A stretch of DNA of 64,000 nucleotides from an uncultured delta proteobacterium (GTDB lineage: Bacteria > Myxococcota > Kuafuiibacteriia > Kuafuiibacteriales > Kuafuiibacteriaceae), in contig CAWDML010000003.1 in the NCBI GenBank assembly GCA_963803435.1, forward strand, positions 1 through 64,000, read 5' to 3'. How positions within the stretch are numbered: the first letter of the stretch is position 1; every line of letters starts with the position of its first letter. Below the pieces are notes generated by a model. That model saw only the letters and a program-made list of their open reading frames with translations. It made no database searches and was not told the origin of the DNA. The position numbers and the translations under genes are program-made. Below, piece by piece: positions 29,876-41,817 of the stretch.

Positions 29876-29895
29876 ACTAGCACGCCCGGCCCGCG

Positions 29896-30069
29896 CTACT
29901 TCTTGGCGGCGACGGCCTTTCGGTGGGGCGCGCCGGTGGCCCGCAGCTTCTTGTGGCCGACGATCTGGCCACCTGTTTCTCGCTTCAGCGTCGAGAGCAA
30001 TCGGGTTCGAGAGACCACCACACCACCGGACCGTAACCGCGAGTAGATCCCGCGTCCTCGTTGAGCCAT
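29896..30069 (-). CDS. Small basic hypothetical protein (57 aa; not listed separately in the ORF track)
   Basis: ATG at 30069 gives MAQRGRGIYSRLRSGGVVVSRTRLLSTLKRETGGQIVGHKKLRATGAPHRKAVAAKK*. The 3' half has GC3-rich codons. Confidence 0.45.
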   Translation of the reverse strand: MAQRGRGIYSRLRSGGVVVSRTRLLSTLKRETGGQIVGHKKLRATGAPHRKAVAAKK

Positions 30070-30255
30070 CGATCGAAATCTGCCACTTCGAATCGGCCTG
30101 TGCAATCCGTTTGAGCCGATATCGTCTGGTGATCTCGCGAGGCGAGGTGGTCTGTTCTCCCTCCCGCCCCGGGATGGGCGCTGCGATTTGCTCCGGGAAG
30201 GCGGTTCTCCGCTGGGTTTGATCCGATGTTCGCCGAGCGATAGCTTGGCCTTCCC

Positions 30256-33200
30256 GTGCCCGAGAAGAACGCCTTCATCATCGATGGAGACCGCGAGTTC
30301 GCGCTGGTGGTCGCCGCCGCTCTGCAAAAAGACGGACTCAAGGTCTCGTTCGCGAAGGGCGACCGCGACCCGCTCGACGAGATCAAGATGGAGCGCCCCG
30401 ACATCGTGCTCATGAGGGCTGAAGAGACGAATGGAAAGGAGTCGGGCTTCGCGCTGTGCAACCGCGTGAAGAAGAACAAGCGCATGGCGAACACGCCGGT
30501 GTTTCTCTACACGAAGGAGGCCGGCAGCCAGACCATCGAGAACCACAAGCAGCAGGAGGGGCACGCCGAGGAGTACCTCGTCTTCCCCAACGATCCCCCC
30601 TATCCGCTGGAGGAGCTCCGCGATCGCGTGCGCGGTGTCCTGTTCCCGCCGGGCGGGATCGATCGACCGCCGCCGCTGCCGACGCCGAAGGAGGAGGTCA
30701 AGCCGGTCACGGGAGAGGATGAGGCGTTCATCGACAACCTGATGGACTCGCTCAAGAAGGACAGCAGCCACGAGGAGAAGGAGGAGCTGCCGCGGACGCC
30801 GCTGCCGCGCGGGCAGACGGTGCGCCGCACCACCGCCGACGCCAAGCTCGACATGCTCCGGCAGAAGCTGCGGCAGCGGGAGAGCGAGCTCGGCCGCGCG
30901 CTCGAGATGTATCGCGCCAAGGAGCGCGAGTATCACGAGTGGAACGAGAAGCTGGTCGAGAAGGACGTCGAGGCGCAGTCGCTCAGGATGGAGATCGAGG
31001 ATCTCCGGACGCAGCTCGACGAGACCACCTCCGAGCTCGATCGGCGAACCGCCGAGTTCAACACCTCGTTCGAGCACCTCTACGACGAGAAGATCAACCT
31101 GGAGAACAACCTCATCCAGGAGGTGGCGGGCAAAGAGAAGAACATCGCCGACCTCAAGATCGAGATCGACGAGCTGAAGCTCGAGATCGAGCAAAAGGCC
31201 GATTCTCTCAAGCGGGCCGCCGACGACGCCGAGGTCACCAAGAAGCGGACCGGCGAGCAGGTCGCGGGGCTCGAGGCCGACATCGCGGCCAAGGCCGACC
31301 GCATCGCCGAGCTCGAGCGGGATCTGCGCGACGCGCTGGAGCGCGAGCGGAAGCTCGAGGGGATCAAGGCGGAGTACGAGCAGCAGATCGCCGCGCTCGA
31401 GACGCAGGTCGTGATGCTCGAGGCCAAGATCCTCGAGATCCGGAGGGACCTGGCCACCACGCGGGACGAGATGGACGCGGCGCTCCGCGCGCAGGCCTTC
31501 GAGCTGGGCGCGAAGGACGAGCTGCTCCAGGGGATGCGGCAGGATCTGCTGGGCGCCGAGGCCCACTTCGCGAAGGTCGAGACCGAGCTTCGTGGCGAGA
31601 TCCAACGGACGCAGCTGGAGCTGGCCGCCACCGTCGACTCGCTGGCGGAGATGACCGCCAAGGCCAACGGTCTCAACGACGACTTCCGGGAGCACCGGCA
31701 GCGGTCGGAGGACACCGAGACCAAGCTGCGTGCGGAGGTGGAGAACCTCACCGGCGAGCTGGAGTCGGAGAAGTCGGCCCACGCCGACACCGAGGCCACC
31801 CTCTCGGCCGAGCTGGGGGCCGCCAACGACCGCATCGACGAGCTGACGCAGGAGCGCGATCGAATCTCCGCGGACGCGGCCTCGCGAGAGCAGGCGCTCG
31901 AGACCGAGCTCGCCGAGAAGCACGACGAGGTCGCCTCGCTGGAGTCGACGCTCGAGTCGGAGCGGCAGGCGGCGGAGCAGCTGGAGCAGGAGCTCCGCCA
32001 GGCGATCGCGGGCCTCGAGGCCGGCCAGTCCCGGCTCACCGACACCGTCGCCCAGCGCGATCGGACGATCGAGGAGCGGATCCAGGACATCCGGCAGCGC
32101 GACGACTGGCTCGCCGACACCCGGGGCGAGCTCTCCGGCGCCAACGACAAGATCACCAGCCTGGGCGCGCAGCTCGAGGAGGAGGGCGAGCGCTATCAGG
32201 AGCTGACGCGCACGCTCCACTCCGAGCGGGCCCGGCTCGAGGCCGAGAAGCTGGCGATCCAGAACGAGCTGGAGTCGACGCGGGCCGAGGGCGAGCAGCT
32301 CGAGTCGGAGCTGCGCGAGCAGATCGTGAGCCTCGGGATCGACCTGGCCGAGAAGGGCGATCGCATCGACGGGCTCGATCGCGATCTCGACAACGAGCGG
32401 CGCGAGCGGGCGCACGCGATGCGGAGCATCGAGTCGCTCGACGCCAGCCTGGAGGCCACCCGGACCGAGCTCGGGGACACGGCGAAGACGCTCCGCGACA
32501 CCGAGGGCGAGCTCAACGGCGTTCGCCAGACGCTGGCGCTGCGGGAAGGCCGTCTGACCGAGCTGCAGGACGCCCTGCAGAAGGAGCAGGCCGAGCTGGA
32601 GGAGACCGAGCGCCAGCTGGAGGTCCTCCGCGCCGAGCATGACCAGCGCGGTGCCGTCATCGGACGCCTCGAGGGCAAGGTCGGCGCGCTCGAGGAGACC
32701 GCGGGTCGCCTGCGCCAGCAGAACGACGACCTCGGCGAGGACCTCGAGCAGACGCGCAACGAGCTGGGGCAGCGCCAGTCGGAGCTGGCGGCGGCGCGGG
32801 CCGAGGCGAACGAGCGCGGGGTACGGCTCGAGGAGTCGGCGCGGACGATCCAGGCCCGCGATCGCGAGGCCTCCGAGCTTCGCGAGCAGGTGGGCGAGGT
32901 CTCTTCCGAGCGCGATCACCTGAACCGAGAGCGCAACGCGCTGGTGGCGGAGCGGGACCGGCAGCACGCCGAGATCGAGACGCTGCACAGCCGCCTGGCC
33001 GAGGTCTCGACCGAGCTGGGCGATCTCACCGATCGGGCCGAGGAGCTCCAGGCGGAGGTGGAGAGCCGCGGCAATCGCATCGGGCGCCTCGAGAGCGAGC
33101 TCTCCGCCACGCAGGCGCAGCGATCGCAGCTCGATCAGATGCGCGTGCAGCTGTCGGCGGATCTGGCCCGCAAGGAAGAGGCGCTGGAGCGGGTGCAGGA

Positions 33201-34657
33201 GGAGCTGTCCCGGTCCCGCGCCGAGTACGCCCAGAACAAGGAGGAGATGACCGCGGAGCGCGACAAGATCCGGCGGCGTCTCGAGGAGCTGGGCGCCGAG
33301 CTCGATCAGGTGCGCGACGAGCGGGACGATCTCAAGAACGCGAAGGCGCTGCTGGAGGAGCATTCGTCCGCGCGCGCCCAGATGGACGCGGCGGAGAAGG
33401 CGAACCTGCGGCGCGAGCTCGAGCAGCTGGACGAGGCGAAGACCCTCCGCGAGCGCGAGCTGTCGTCGGAGATCCAGCGGCGGACCAACGCCGTCTCCAA
33501 CCTGGAGGCAACCCTGGCGCAGCTCGAGGTCGACCTCGAGGATCAGCGGGCCGAGACGGAGCACGCGAACAGCGAGCTGGCGGCCCGGACCGAGACGATC
33601 GACGAGCTGCGCGGGCGCCTGTCGCAGGCGGATCAACAGCTGGTCGGTCTGCGCCGCGACGTGGAGGCCCAGACAGCGACGAACTCGCGGTCCCAGGAGC
33701 GGATCCGCGAGCTGACGGCGCAGCTCAACGCGGAGAAGGACCACCGCGAGAAGGACACCGCGCGCCTGCGCGACGAGGGCGAGGCCCTGAGCGCGCGGCT
33801 GGAGGAGGCCACGCGACGAGCGGCGGCCCTCGCAGCCGAGAAGGCGGCGCGGGACGATCAGAATCGGCGACCTGAGGAAGCGGCTCGACAGCGCCTCCGG
33901 GGAGCTCAAGCTCGAGCGGGGTCGTTCGTCTGATCTCGACGTTCAGATGCAGCGGTCGCGCGAGGAGCGCGAGGAGATCGAGAACAAGTACGTCAAGGAG
34001 CTCGAGGAGATCCACGAGGAGTACCAGGCGCAGGCCAAGGAGCGGGACGACAAGCACTCGAAGGAGGTCGAGGAGCTGCGCAAGGCCGCCATCGAGGCGA
34101 AGCGGCAGCTCAAGGCGTCGCAGCTGGCGGCGCAGCGGCTGACGGATCGGATCACGAAGCTGGAGTCCGATCGTCCCTCGCGCCGCGAGGCGGAGGCGAA
34201 CTTCGAGTCGTTCCTGGCGCAGTTCAACGACTCGAGCCTCCCGGTGCCTCCGCCGGCGGGGAAGAGCACGCCGCCCACGCGCACGGGCCGGCCGCCGCCC
34301 CTCCCGGAGAAGAAGGCCGAGCCGGTGAAGGACAAGCCGCAGAACGGCGCGCACGCCAAGCCCGTCAATCCGAAGGCCGGTGTCCCGCGGCGCGGCGCCA
34401 CCAGTACCGGGAAGAAGGGCAAGGAGGACGACCTCGCCAAGGGCCTCAGCGACGCCGTCGGTCAGAAGAAGGCGGGCGACGACGAAGAGGACATCACCAT
34501 GATCAACGAGGTCCCACCGGTGTCCGACAAGAAGAAGAAGCTGCCCGCCGAGGAGGCGGCGGTGCTCAAGGAGATGGTCAACGGGACCAAGCGCGACGAG
34601 ACGGACGAGTTCCTGGCCGCCTTCGAGCGCGAGTTCGAGGACATCAAGAAGCCCTGA
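30256..34657 (+). CDS. aglZ: AglZ-like pseudo-receiver plus long coiled-coil gliding motility protein (about 1466 aa after correcting a +1 frameshift at about 33862)
   Basis: Receiver-like N-terminus (RPDIVLMRAE..SGFALC), then EDEAFID, AKLDMLR, EKDVE and IQEVAGKEK blocks matching my recollection of Myxococcus AglZ. Long heptad region follows and continues in ORF 33947..34657. Confidence 0.8.
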
Positions 34658-35543
34658 TCAGCGGGAGCCGGCGGCGACGCTGGAGGTGCCCGTCGAGCGG
34701 ACCTCGGAGGCGGGGACCAGCGACTGCGCCTTGGTGAGCAGCTCCGAGGTGGGGAACTTCTCGCGCATCTCCGTGACCGCGCCCTTGGCCCGCTCCACTT
34801 CACCGAGCCGCGCGTAGACCTTCGCGATCTCGAGCAGCAGCTCGTCGGTGAGCCCGACGTCCGCGAAGTCCTTCCGGATGATCTCGAGCCGACCCACGTA
34901 CGCCCAATCCTTGTCGATGTTCTTGTAGAAGTCGGCGGCATACCGCTCGTGCGCCATCAGGCGGGACCGGACGTCCTTGAGGATCTCGGTCGCCTTTGCG
35001 ATGTTCTCGTCGCTCGGGTAGCGCTCGACGTACTCCCGGAGGGCCCGCTCGGCGTCCCGGACCGCGGCCTGGTCCTTCTCCTCGGACGGCGGGAGCAGGA
35101 ACCAGTCGCCGGGGATCTGCTGGTAATAGGCCAGCCCGGTCTTGTAGCGGGCGTAGGCGACCTTCGGGTGGGTCGGGTGCATCCGCACGAAGTTCTGATA
35201 GCTGTCGATCGCCTCGATGTAGCGCTCCCGCGCAAACTGGCAGTCCGAGAATCCGCAGGTCCGCCAGGACGGCGAACCGCGAGTACGGGAACTTGTTCCG
35301 GATGTACGCGTAGTAGCGCTGGGCCGCGAGGTACTCCTCGTCGTTGAAGGCCTTCTCGCCGCGGTCCCAGTTCTCCTGCGCGGTCTGCCCGTAGGTCACC
35401 GAGGGGAGCGACTCGTTGCGGCCGGGTGTCACCAGCGAGTCACCGGCGCTCTCGATGTCCTTTTCCTCGTCGTCGCTTCCGCCTCCGCCGAAGGTGGCGC
35501 ATCCCGAGACCAGAACGAGGAGCAGCGGCGTGAATGCACGCAT
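34658..35543 (-). CDS. bamD: Outer membrane protein assembly factor BamD (+1 frameshift at about 35250)
   Basis: Lipobox LVSGC, KFPYSRFA, HPTHPKVAYARY, DQAAVRDA..YP and LMAHERYAADFY TPR pattern. Confidence 0.88.
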
Positions 35544-35630
35544 CGAATCTGCGTTATCACGGCCGGGGTGAGACGGGCCAGGACTTCTCTTCGTTGACCG
35601 CCGCAACAATCAGGGGCTATCGACGGCCGC

Positions 35631-36964
<1,334 letters not shown>

Positions 36965-36968
<4 letters not shown>

Positions 36969-38549
36969 GGACCACCGCGCTCTCTCTCTGCTTCCTCTGG
37001 GCCTGCGGCGGTACGCCGGTCAACGGCGACGAGGACGAGGCTGCCCTCCGGCAGACTGAGACCAAGCAGCAGGCGCAGAAGGCGTCGCGTCCCGAGCCCC
37101 GCTACGTCGAGGGCAACGGCGAGGTCATCCAGGTCCCGGTCGAGGGCGCCACCGGCGTGGCGTTCCGCGTGCTCTTCTATACCGGCTCGGTCGACGATCC
37201 GAAGGGCAAGGAGGGTCTCACGGCGCTCACCGCCAACCTGATCGCGGAGGGTGGGTCGACCGAGATGACCTACCCGGAGATCCTCCGGGCGCTCTATCCG
37301 ATGGCCGCGTCGATCGACGTCCAGATCGACAAGGAGCAGACCGTCTTCTCCGGCCTGGTGCACCCCGACCACGTGAAGGCGTTCGTGCCGATCCTCGCGG
37401 CGCTGCTGAAGTCGCCGCGCCTCGAGACCGCCGACTTCGAGCGCGTCAAGCAGAACATGCTCAACGACATCACCAAGCGGCTGCGCGCCACCGACGACGA
37501 GAACTTCGGCAAGGAGCTGCTGAGCCAGATGATGTACGAGGGCGATCATCCCTATCGCCACTACGTCGGGGGCACCGTGAAGGGCCTCGAATCGATCACG
37601 CTGGACGACGTGAAGGCGCACCGCGAGCAGGTGTTCGGCAAGCGCCGGCTCCTGATCGGCCTGGGTGGCGCCGTCACGCCCGAGATCGCGGACATGTTGA
37701 AGTCGGCGCTGGCCGATCTGCCCGACGGGGCCCCCCGGCTCGAGTCGATCCCGGCGCCGCAGGTGCCGGAGCGGACCGAGGTCGTGATCGCCGAGAAGCC
37801 CACCTCGCAGGCGGTGGCCATCTCGATCGGCTACCCGCACTTCGCGCTGCGGGGTCAGGAGGACTGGCCGGCGCTCACGCTCATCCAGTCGTACTTCGGC
37901 GAGCACCGCCAGTTCCACGGCAGGCTCATGTCGGAGATCCGCGAGAAGCGGGGCATGAACTACGGCGACTACGCCTACGTGGAGAGCTTCATCCAGGAGG
38001 GCGGGTCGCGCTTCGCCGAGACCAACATCGCGCGCCGGCGCCAGCACTTCGAGATCTCGGATCCGCCCGGTGGCGCCGCACGAGGCGGTGTTCGCGCTGC
38101 GGATGGCGCTGATGCTGCTCGACGGTCTGGTTCGCAACGGCGTCTCGCAGGCGGACGTCGACGGCACGCGTCAGTTCCTCGACGGCTATACGCGGCTGTA
38201 CGAGATGACGCCGATGCGCCGGCTGGGCTACGCGCTCGACGATCACTTCTATGGGACGAAGAGCTACCTCGAGGGGCTGCGGGCGCAGCTGGCCGGCCTC
38301 GACGCCGAGAAGGTCAACGCGGGGTTGCGGCGGAACCTGGTGCCCGGGCCGGTGAAGATCGCGATCGTGGCGCCCAACGCGCAGGTTCTCATGGAGGCGC
38401 TGGTCTCGGGCGTGGAGACGCCCAAGGCGTACCAGGTGGAAAAGCCGGAGGCGGTGCTGGCGGTGGACAAGGAAGCGGCGAAGTGGCCCCTCGATCTCAC
38501 GCCGGATCAGATCAAGATCGTACCGGCGGATCAGGCCTTCGAGGAGTAG
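36965..38549 (+). CDS. M16 peptidase non-catalytic partner, lipoprotein (+1 frameshift at about 38058)
   Basis: ATGA overlap with the upstream gene, lipobox FLWAC, GSVDDPKGKEGL, no HxxEH, IREKRGMNYG. Continues in ORF 38070..38549. Confidence 0.85.
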
Positions 38550-38552
38550 CGG

Positions 38553-38771
38553 TCAGCGGAGCTGGATCCGCTCCGGCTCCAGCGCGCCGAAGTCGTATTG
38601 GCGGTAGCCCGACTTGAACGCCTCGAAGTCCGAGGCCAGGTCCGAGACCGTCCGGCATCCCGGGTACATGAGCGAGAGCTGCAATCGGAGCCGGGCGGCG
38701 CTGAGATCGTCGCGGACTTCCCAGACACCGAGCACCTCGGCCTGCTCGCCGACGAACAGAAAATGTCGCAT
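38553..38771 (-). CDS. Small hypothetical protein (72 aa)
   Basis: ATG at 38771 after a purine-rich stretch; GC3-rich codons; fills an intergenic gap. Confidence 0.5.
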   Translation of the reverse strand: MRHFLFVGEQAEVLGVWEVRDDLSAARLRLQLSLMYPGCRTVSDLASDFEAFKSGYRQYDFGALEPERIQLR

Positions 38772-38938
38772 CGAATCGTTTCCCCCGTTGCTCCTCCGCC
38801 TCCCCACTTCCCCCCGGGCTGCGGACGATGTTTAAGTAGCACCGACCGAGCGGCGCCCTGAACGGTCCGATCGTCCTATGAGGAGCCAAGCGCGCACTCA
38901 CGACAGCTTCCTACATTGCTCGGGCTGAGGAGCGCGAC

Positions 38939-40372
38939 GTGGAGTTCCCGACGATCCAGTTCGTGTACTTCGGTTTGATCACCCTCACGATCTCCTGGGT
39001 GCTTCGTCAAAACAGAACGGTCCAGAAGAGCTTTCTACTCCTGGCCAGCTACTTCTTCGCGTGGAAGTTCCATCCCCGCTTCCTGGCGGCGCTGATCGCG
39101 TCGAGCACGATGAACTGGCTCTTCGGAAAGGCGCTGATCGAGCTCAAGCACCACCGGCGCGAGCGCAAGATCGTCCTCGTCGTCGGGCTGCTCGCGAACC
39201 TGGGGATCCTCGGGTTCTTCAAGTACTACGACTTCTTCTCCGACAACCTGAGCGCGTTCGCGTCGTTCCTGGGCCTCGAAGCCCACATGCCGCTCTTGGA
39301 GCTGATCGCACCTTTCGGCATCTCCTTCTACACGTTCCAGGCGATGGCCTATCTGGTCGACACCCACCGCGACAAGGCGGTGCAGCCGAGGACGTGGCTC
39401 GACTTCGCGCTGTTCATGGCCTTCTTCCCCAAGTTCGGCGCGGGCCCGATCTGCCGGACCCAGCAGCTGCTCCCCCAGATCATGGCGCCGGCCCCGAGCC
39501 GCATCCCCGAGCTGTCCCGCGCGGTCGCCCTCATCGTCACGGGCCTCCTCAAGAAGATGGTGATTGCAAGTTATCTTGCGTCGCATCTCACGACCGATGC
39601 GTTCGTCTCGCCGAACGACTACTCCTCGCTCGAGCTCTACCTGGCGGTGTTCGCGTACACCGCGCAGGTGTACCTCGACTTCTCCGGCTATACGGACCTA
39701 GCGCGGGGCGTCGGGTTGCTGTTCGGCTTCGAGCTGCCGGATAACTTCAACTACCCCTATCGCTCCACCGACATTGGCGACTTCTGGAAGCGCTGGCACA
39801 TCACGTTCTCCACCTGGCTGCGCGAGTACATCTACTTCCCGCTCGGGGGCTCTCGGAAGGGACGCGTTCGGACCTACGTGAACCTCATGATCACGTTCGT
39901 CGCCTGCGGGATCTGGCACGGACCGACCTGGGGATACATCATCTGGGGCACGCTCCACGGGATCGGGTTGTCGGTCTACAAGGCTTCCCTCGACCTCCGG
40001 CGTGACCTCGGCTTCGACACCAACAAGCCGCGCCCGTTCTGGGTGCTGGCCGCCGGCTGGTTCGCCACGCTCAGCTTCTGCGCCTTCACGCGCATCTTCT
40101 TCAAGGCGACCGATCTCCCCACCGCGCTCGACTTCTTCCGCGGCCTGGTCTCGTTCACGGCCCGCGGGTCCGGCTTCGATCTGGGGGTCCTGCTGTTGAC
40201 CGTGTTCGCGATCGGTACCAACTTCTTCGGAAAGCGATTCTTCGACGCATTCGTGACCTGGCATGAGAGCATTCCCAACCCGGTCCGCCCGCTGGCCTGG
40301 GTCGGGATCATGTTGGTCCTCTTCACCCTCAAGCCGTACGGGATGGCGGCCACGATCTACTTCAGCTTCTGA
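38939..40372 (+). CDS. MBOAT family O-acyltransferase (AlgI/PatA-like)
   Basis: FFKYYDFF, GISFYTFQ, YLDFSGYTDLA, NFNYPY, FWKRWHITFSTWLREY and GIWHG. Confidence 0.93.
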   Translation: MEFPTIQFVYFGLITLTISWVLRQNRTVQKSFLLLASYFFAWKFHPRFLAALIASSTMNWLFGKALIELKHHRRERKIVLVVGLLANLGILGFFKYYDFFSDNLSAFASFLGLEAHMPLLELIAPFGISFYTFQAMAYLVDTHRDKAVQPRTWLDFALFMAFFPKFGAGPICRTQQLLPQIMAPAPSRIPELSRAVALIVTGLLKKMVIASYLASHLTTDAFVSPNDYSSLELYLAVFAYTAQVYLDFSGYTDLARGVGLLFGFELPDNFNYPYRSTDIGDFWKRWHITFSTWLREYIYFPLGGSRKGRVRTYVNLMITFVACGIWHGPTWGYIIWGTLHGIGLSVYKASLDLRRDLGFDTNKPRPFWVLAAGWFATLSFCAFTRIFFKATDLPTALDFFRGLVSFTARGSGFDLGVLLLTVFAIGTNFFGKRFFDAFVTWHESIPNPVRPLAWVGIMLVLFTLKPYGMAATIYFSF

Positions 40373-40381
40373 GCGTCGACC

Positions 40382-41794
40382 ATGAGCGACAAGAGGGAGA
40401 AGACGAACCCGTGGCTGGCCCTGATGCTCCTCTGGGGCGTTGTCGCGTTCTTCACGCTCCTCGGCGCCGGCGACGTCCGGGACGAGGTGGAGTGGCCCTG
40501 GCTCCAGGGGGCGCTCACCGTCGTGGCCAAGGCCGGCGACGCCGTCGGCCTCTCGCACGTCCGCAGCGGTGTCGAGGCGCTCCGGGGCCGGCTCAACGAC
40601 GACTACCTGGTGCTGCAGGAGGCGGTCGAGCCTCAGGTCGCCACCACCGACGAGTCGACGCTCTCGGACGACACCGATCGGGTGGCGCCCGCCAAGCACC
40701 GCGTCCTGGTGATCGGCGCGTCCTCCATCCAGTTCGCGCTGGGCGTTCAGCTGGAGCACGCGCTGGCGGGATACCAGGGCGTGAAGGCCAAGCGGTTCGG
40801 CAAGCTCGCCACCGGGCTCGCGCGCCCCGACTACTTCGACTGGCCGAAGAAGCTCGAGCAGCTGACGGAGAGCTTCAAGCCCGATCTGGTGATCGCGAAC
40901 TTCGGCGGCAACTGCGCGCAGGACATCCCGCTGGAGGGCTACGACAAGGTCCAGTTCGAGAGCGAGGCCTGGGAGCCCCTCTACGCGGAGCGCGTCAAGG
41001 CGCTGGCCCTGATCGCGCGGAAGCATGGCGCCGACTTCGTCTTTCTCGGGATGCCGAACATGAAGGACCCGAAGTTCGCCGCGAAGATGGAGCGGGTGAA
41101 CCGCGTCCAGCGCCGCGCCGCCGAGGAGGTGGGCGCGCTCTGGTTCCCCACCTGGGCGATGAGCTCGAACAAGGACGGCACGTTCAAGCAATCGATCCAC
41201 TACCAGGGCGATCGCGGCCTGATGCGGGCCCTCGACGGGGTCCACTACCGGACGCTCGGCGCCCGCTTCATCGTCGACCAGATCCTCCAGGAGGTCGAAC
41301 GCCACTTCCTGTTCGCGCCGTCCGACACGACGCTGGCGCGCGCAGAGCCCCACGCCTTCGAGTCGAAGACGCTCGAGCGCAAGGTCGCGTACGTCGCGTT
41401 CATCCCCAAGACGGCGACGCGCCAGAACAAGCGCCCGGTTCTGTATCTGCTCCCCGGCGCGAGCAGCAAGTGGAGCCGCTGGCCGAACTACCCGCACCGC
41501 TCGCTCCAGCGCCTGGCGGCCGCCCACGGCATCGTGCTCGTCGTCCTCGACCTCCCGCACCCGACTGCGGAGCTGTTCGCGCAGGAGATCGCGCCGGACA
41601 TCGAGGCCCACCTACCGGTGAGCGACCGTCGCGGGCTGCTCGGGCCCGAGCTCGCCGATCTGCACGTGGCGCTCGATCGCCGCGACGTCAGCCATACGTT
41701 CAAGGAGGTCCCGCCGACCGACTTCCGGACGTCGCTGGACGCGCTGATCTCCTGGCATGCGGAGCAGCTGAGCGCGCCGGTGACGCGCCGTTAG
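40382..41794 (+). CDS. DUF459/PatB-like SGNH protein with a C-terminal degenerate esterase-like domain
   Basis: VLVIGASS, TGLARPDYFDWP, FGGN and DGVHY (SGNH); then FESKTLERK..PVLYLLPG esterase-like segment. Confidence 0.75.
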   Translation: MSDKREKTNPWLALMLLWGVVAFFTLLGAGDVRDEVEWPWLQGALTVVAKAGDAVGLSHVRSGVEALRGRLNDDYLVLQEAVEPQVATTDESTLSDDTDRVAPAKHRVLVIGASSIQFALGVQLEHALAGYQGVKAKRFGKLATGLARPDYFDWPKKLEQLTESFKPDLVIANFGGNCAQDIPLEGYDKVQFESEAWEPLYAERVKALALIARKHGADFVFLGMPNMKDPKFAAKMERVNRVQRRAAEEVGALWFPTWAMSSNKDGTFKQSIHYQGDRGLMRALDGVHYRTLGARFIVDQILQEVERHFLFAPSDTTLARAEPHAFESKTLERKVAYVAFIPKTATRQNKRPVLYLLPGASSKWSRWPNYPHRSLQRLAAAHGIVLVVLDLPHPTAELFAQEIAPDIEAHLPVSDRRGLLGPELADLHVALDRRDVSHTFKEVPPTDFRTSLDALISWHAEQLSAPVTRR

Positions 41795-41817
41795 GGCCCG
41801 GGGCGCGAGCTTCGTTC

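Noticed and set aside
29896-30069. Ribosomal protein L33/L34-like identity for the small basic ORF
   Set aside because: Size and charge fit, but I could not find the family motifs.
29896-33909. 1337-aa minus-strand ORF
   Set aside because: Antisense shadow of the aglZ coiled coil in high-GC DNA; only the last 57 codons may be real.
34658-35543. Calling bamD, aglZ, the M16 partner, M56 and LuxR pseudogenes or programmed frameshifts
   Set aside because: All breaks share a GATC context with no slippery sequences and no other signs of decay; sequencing error is more likely.
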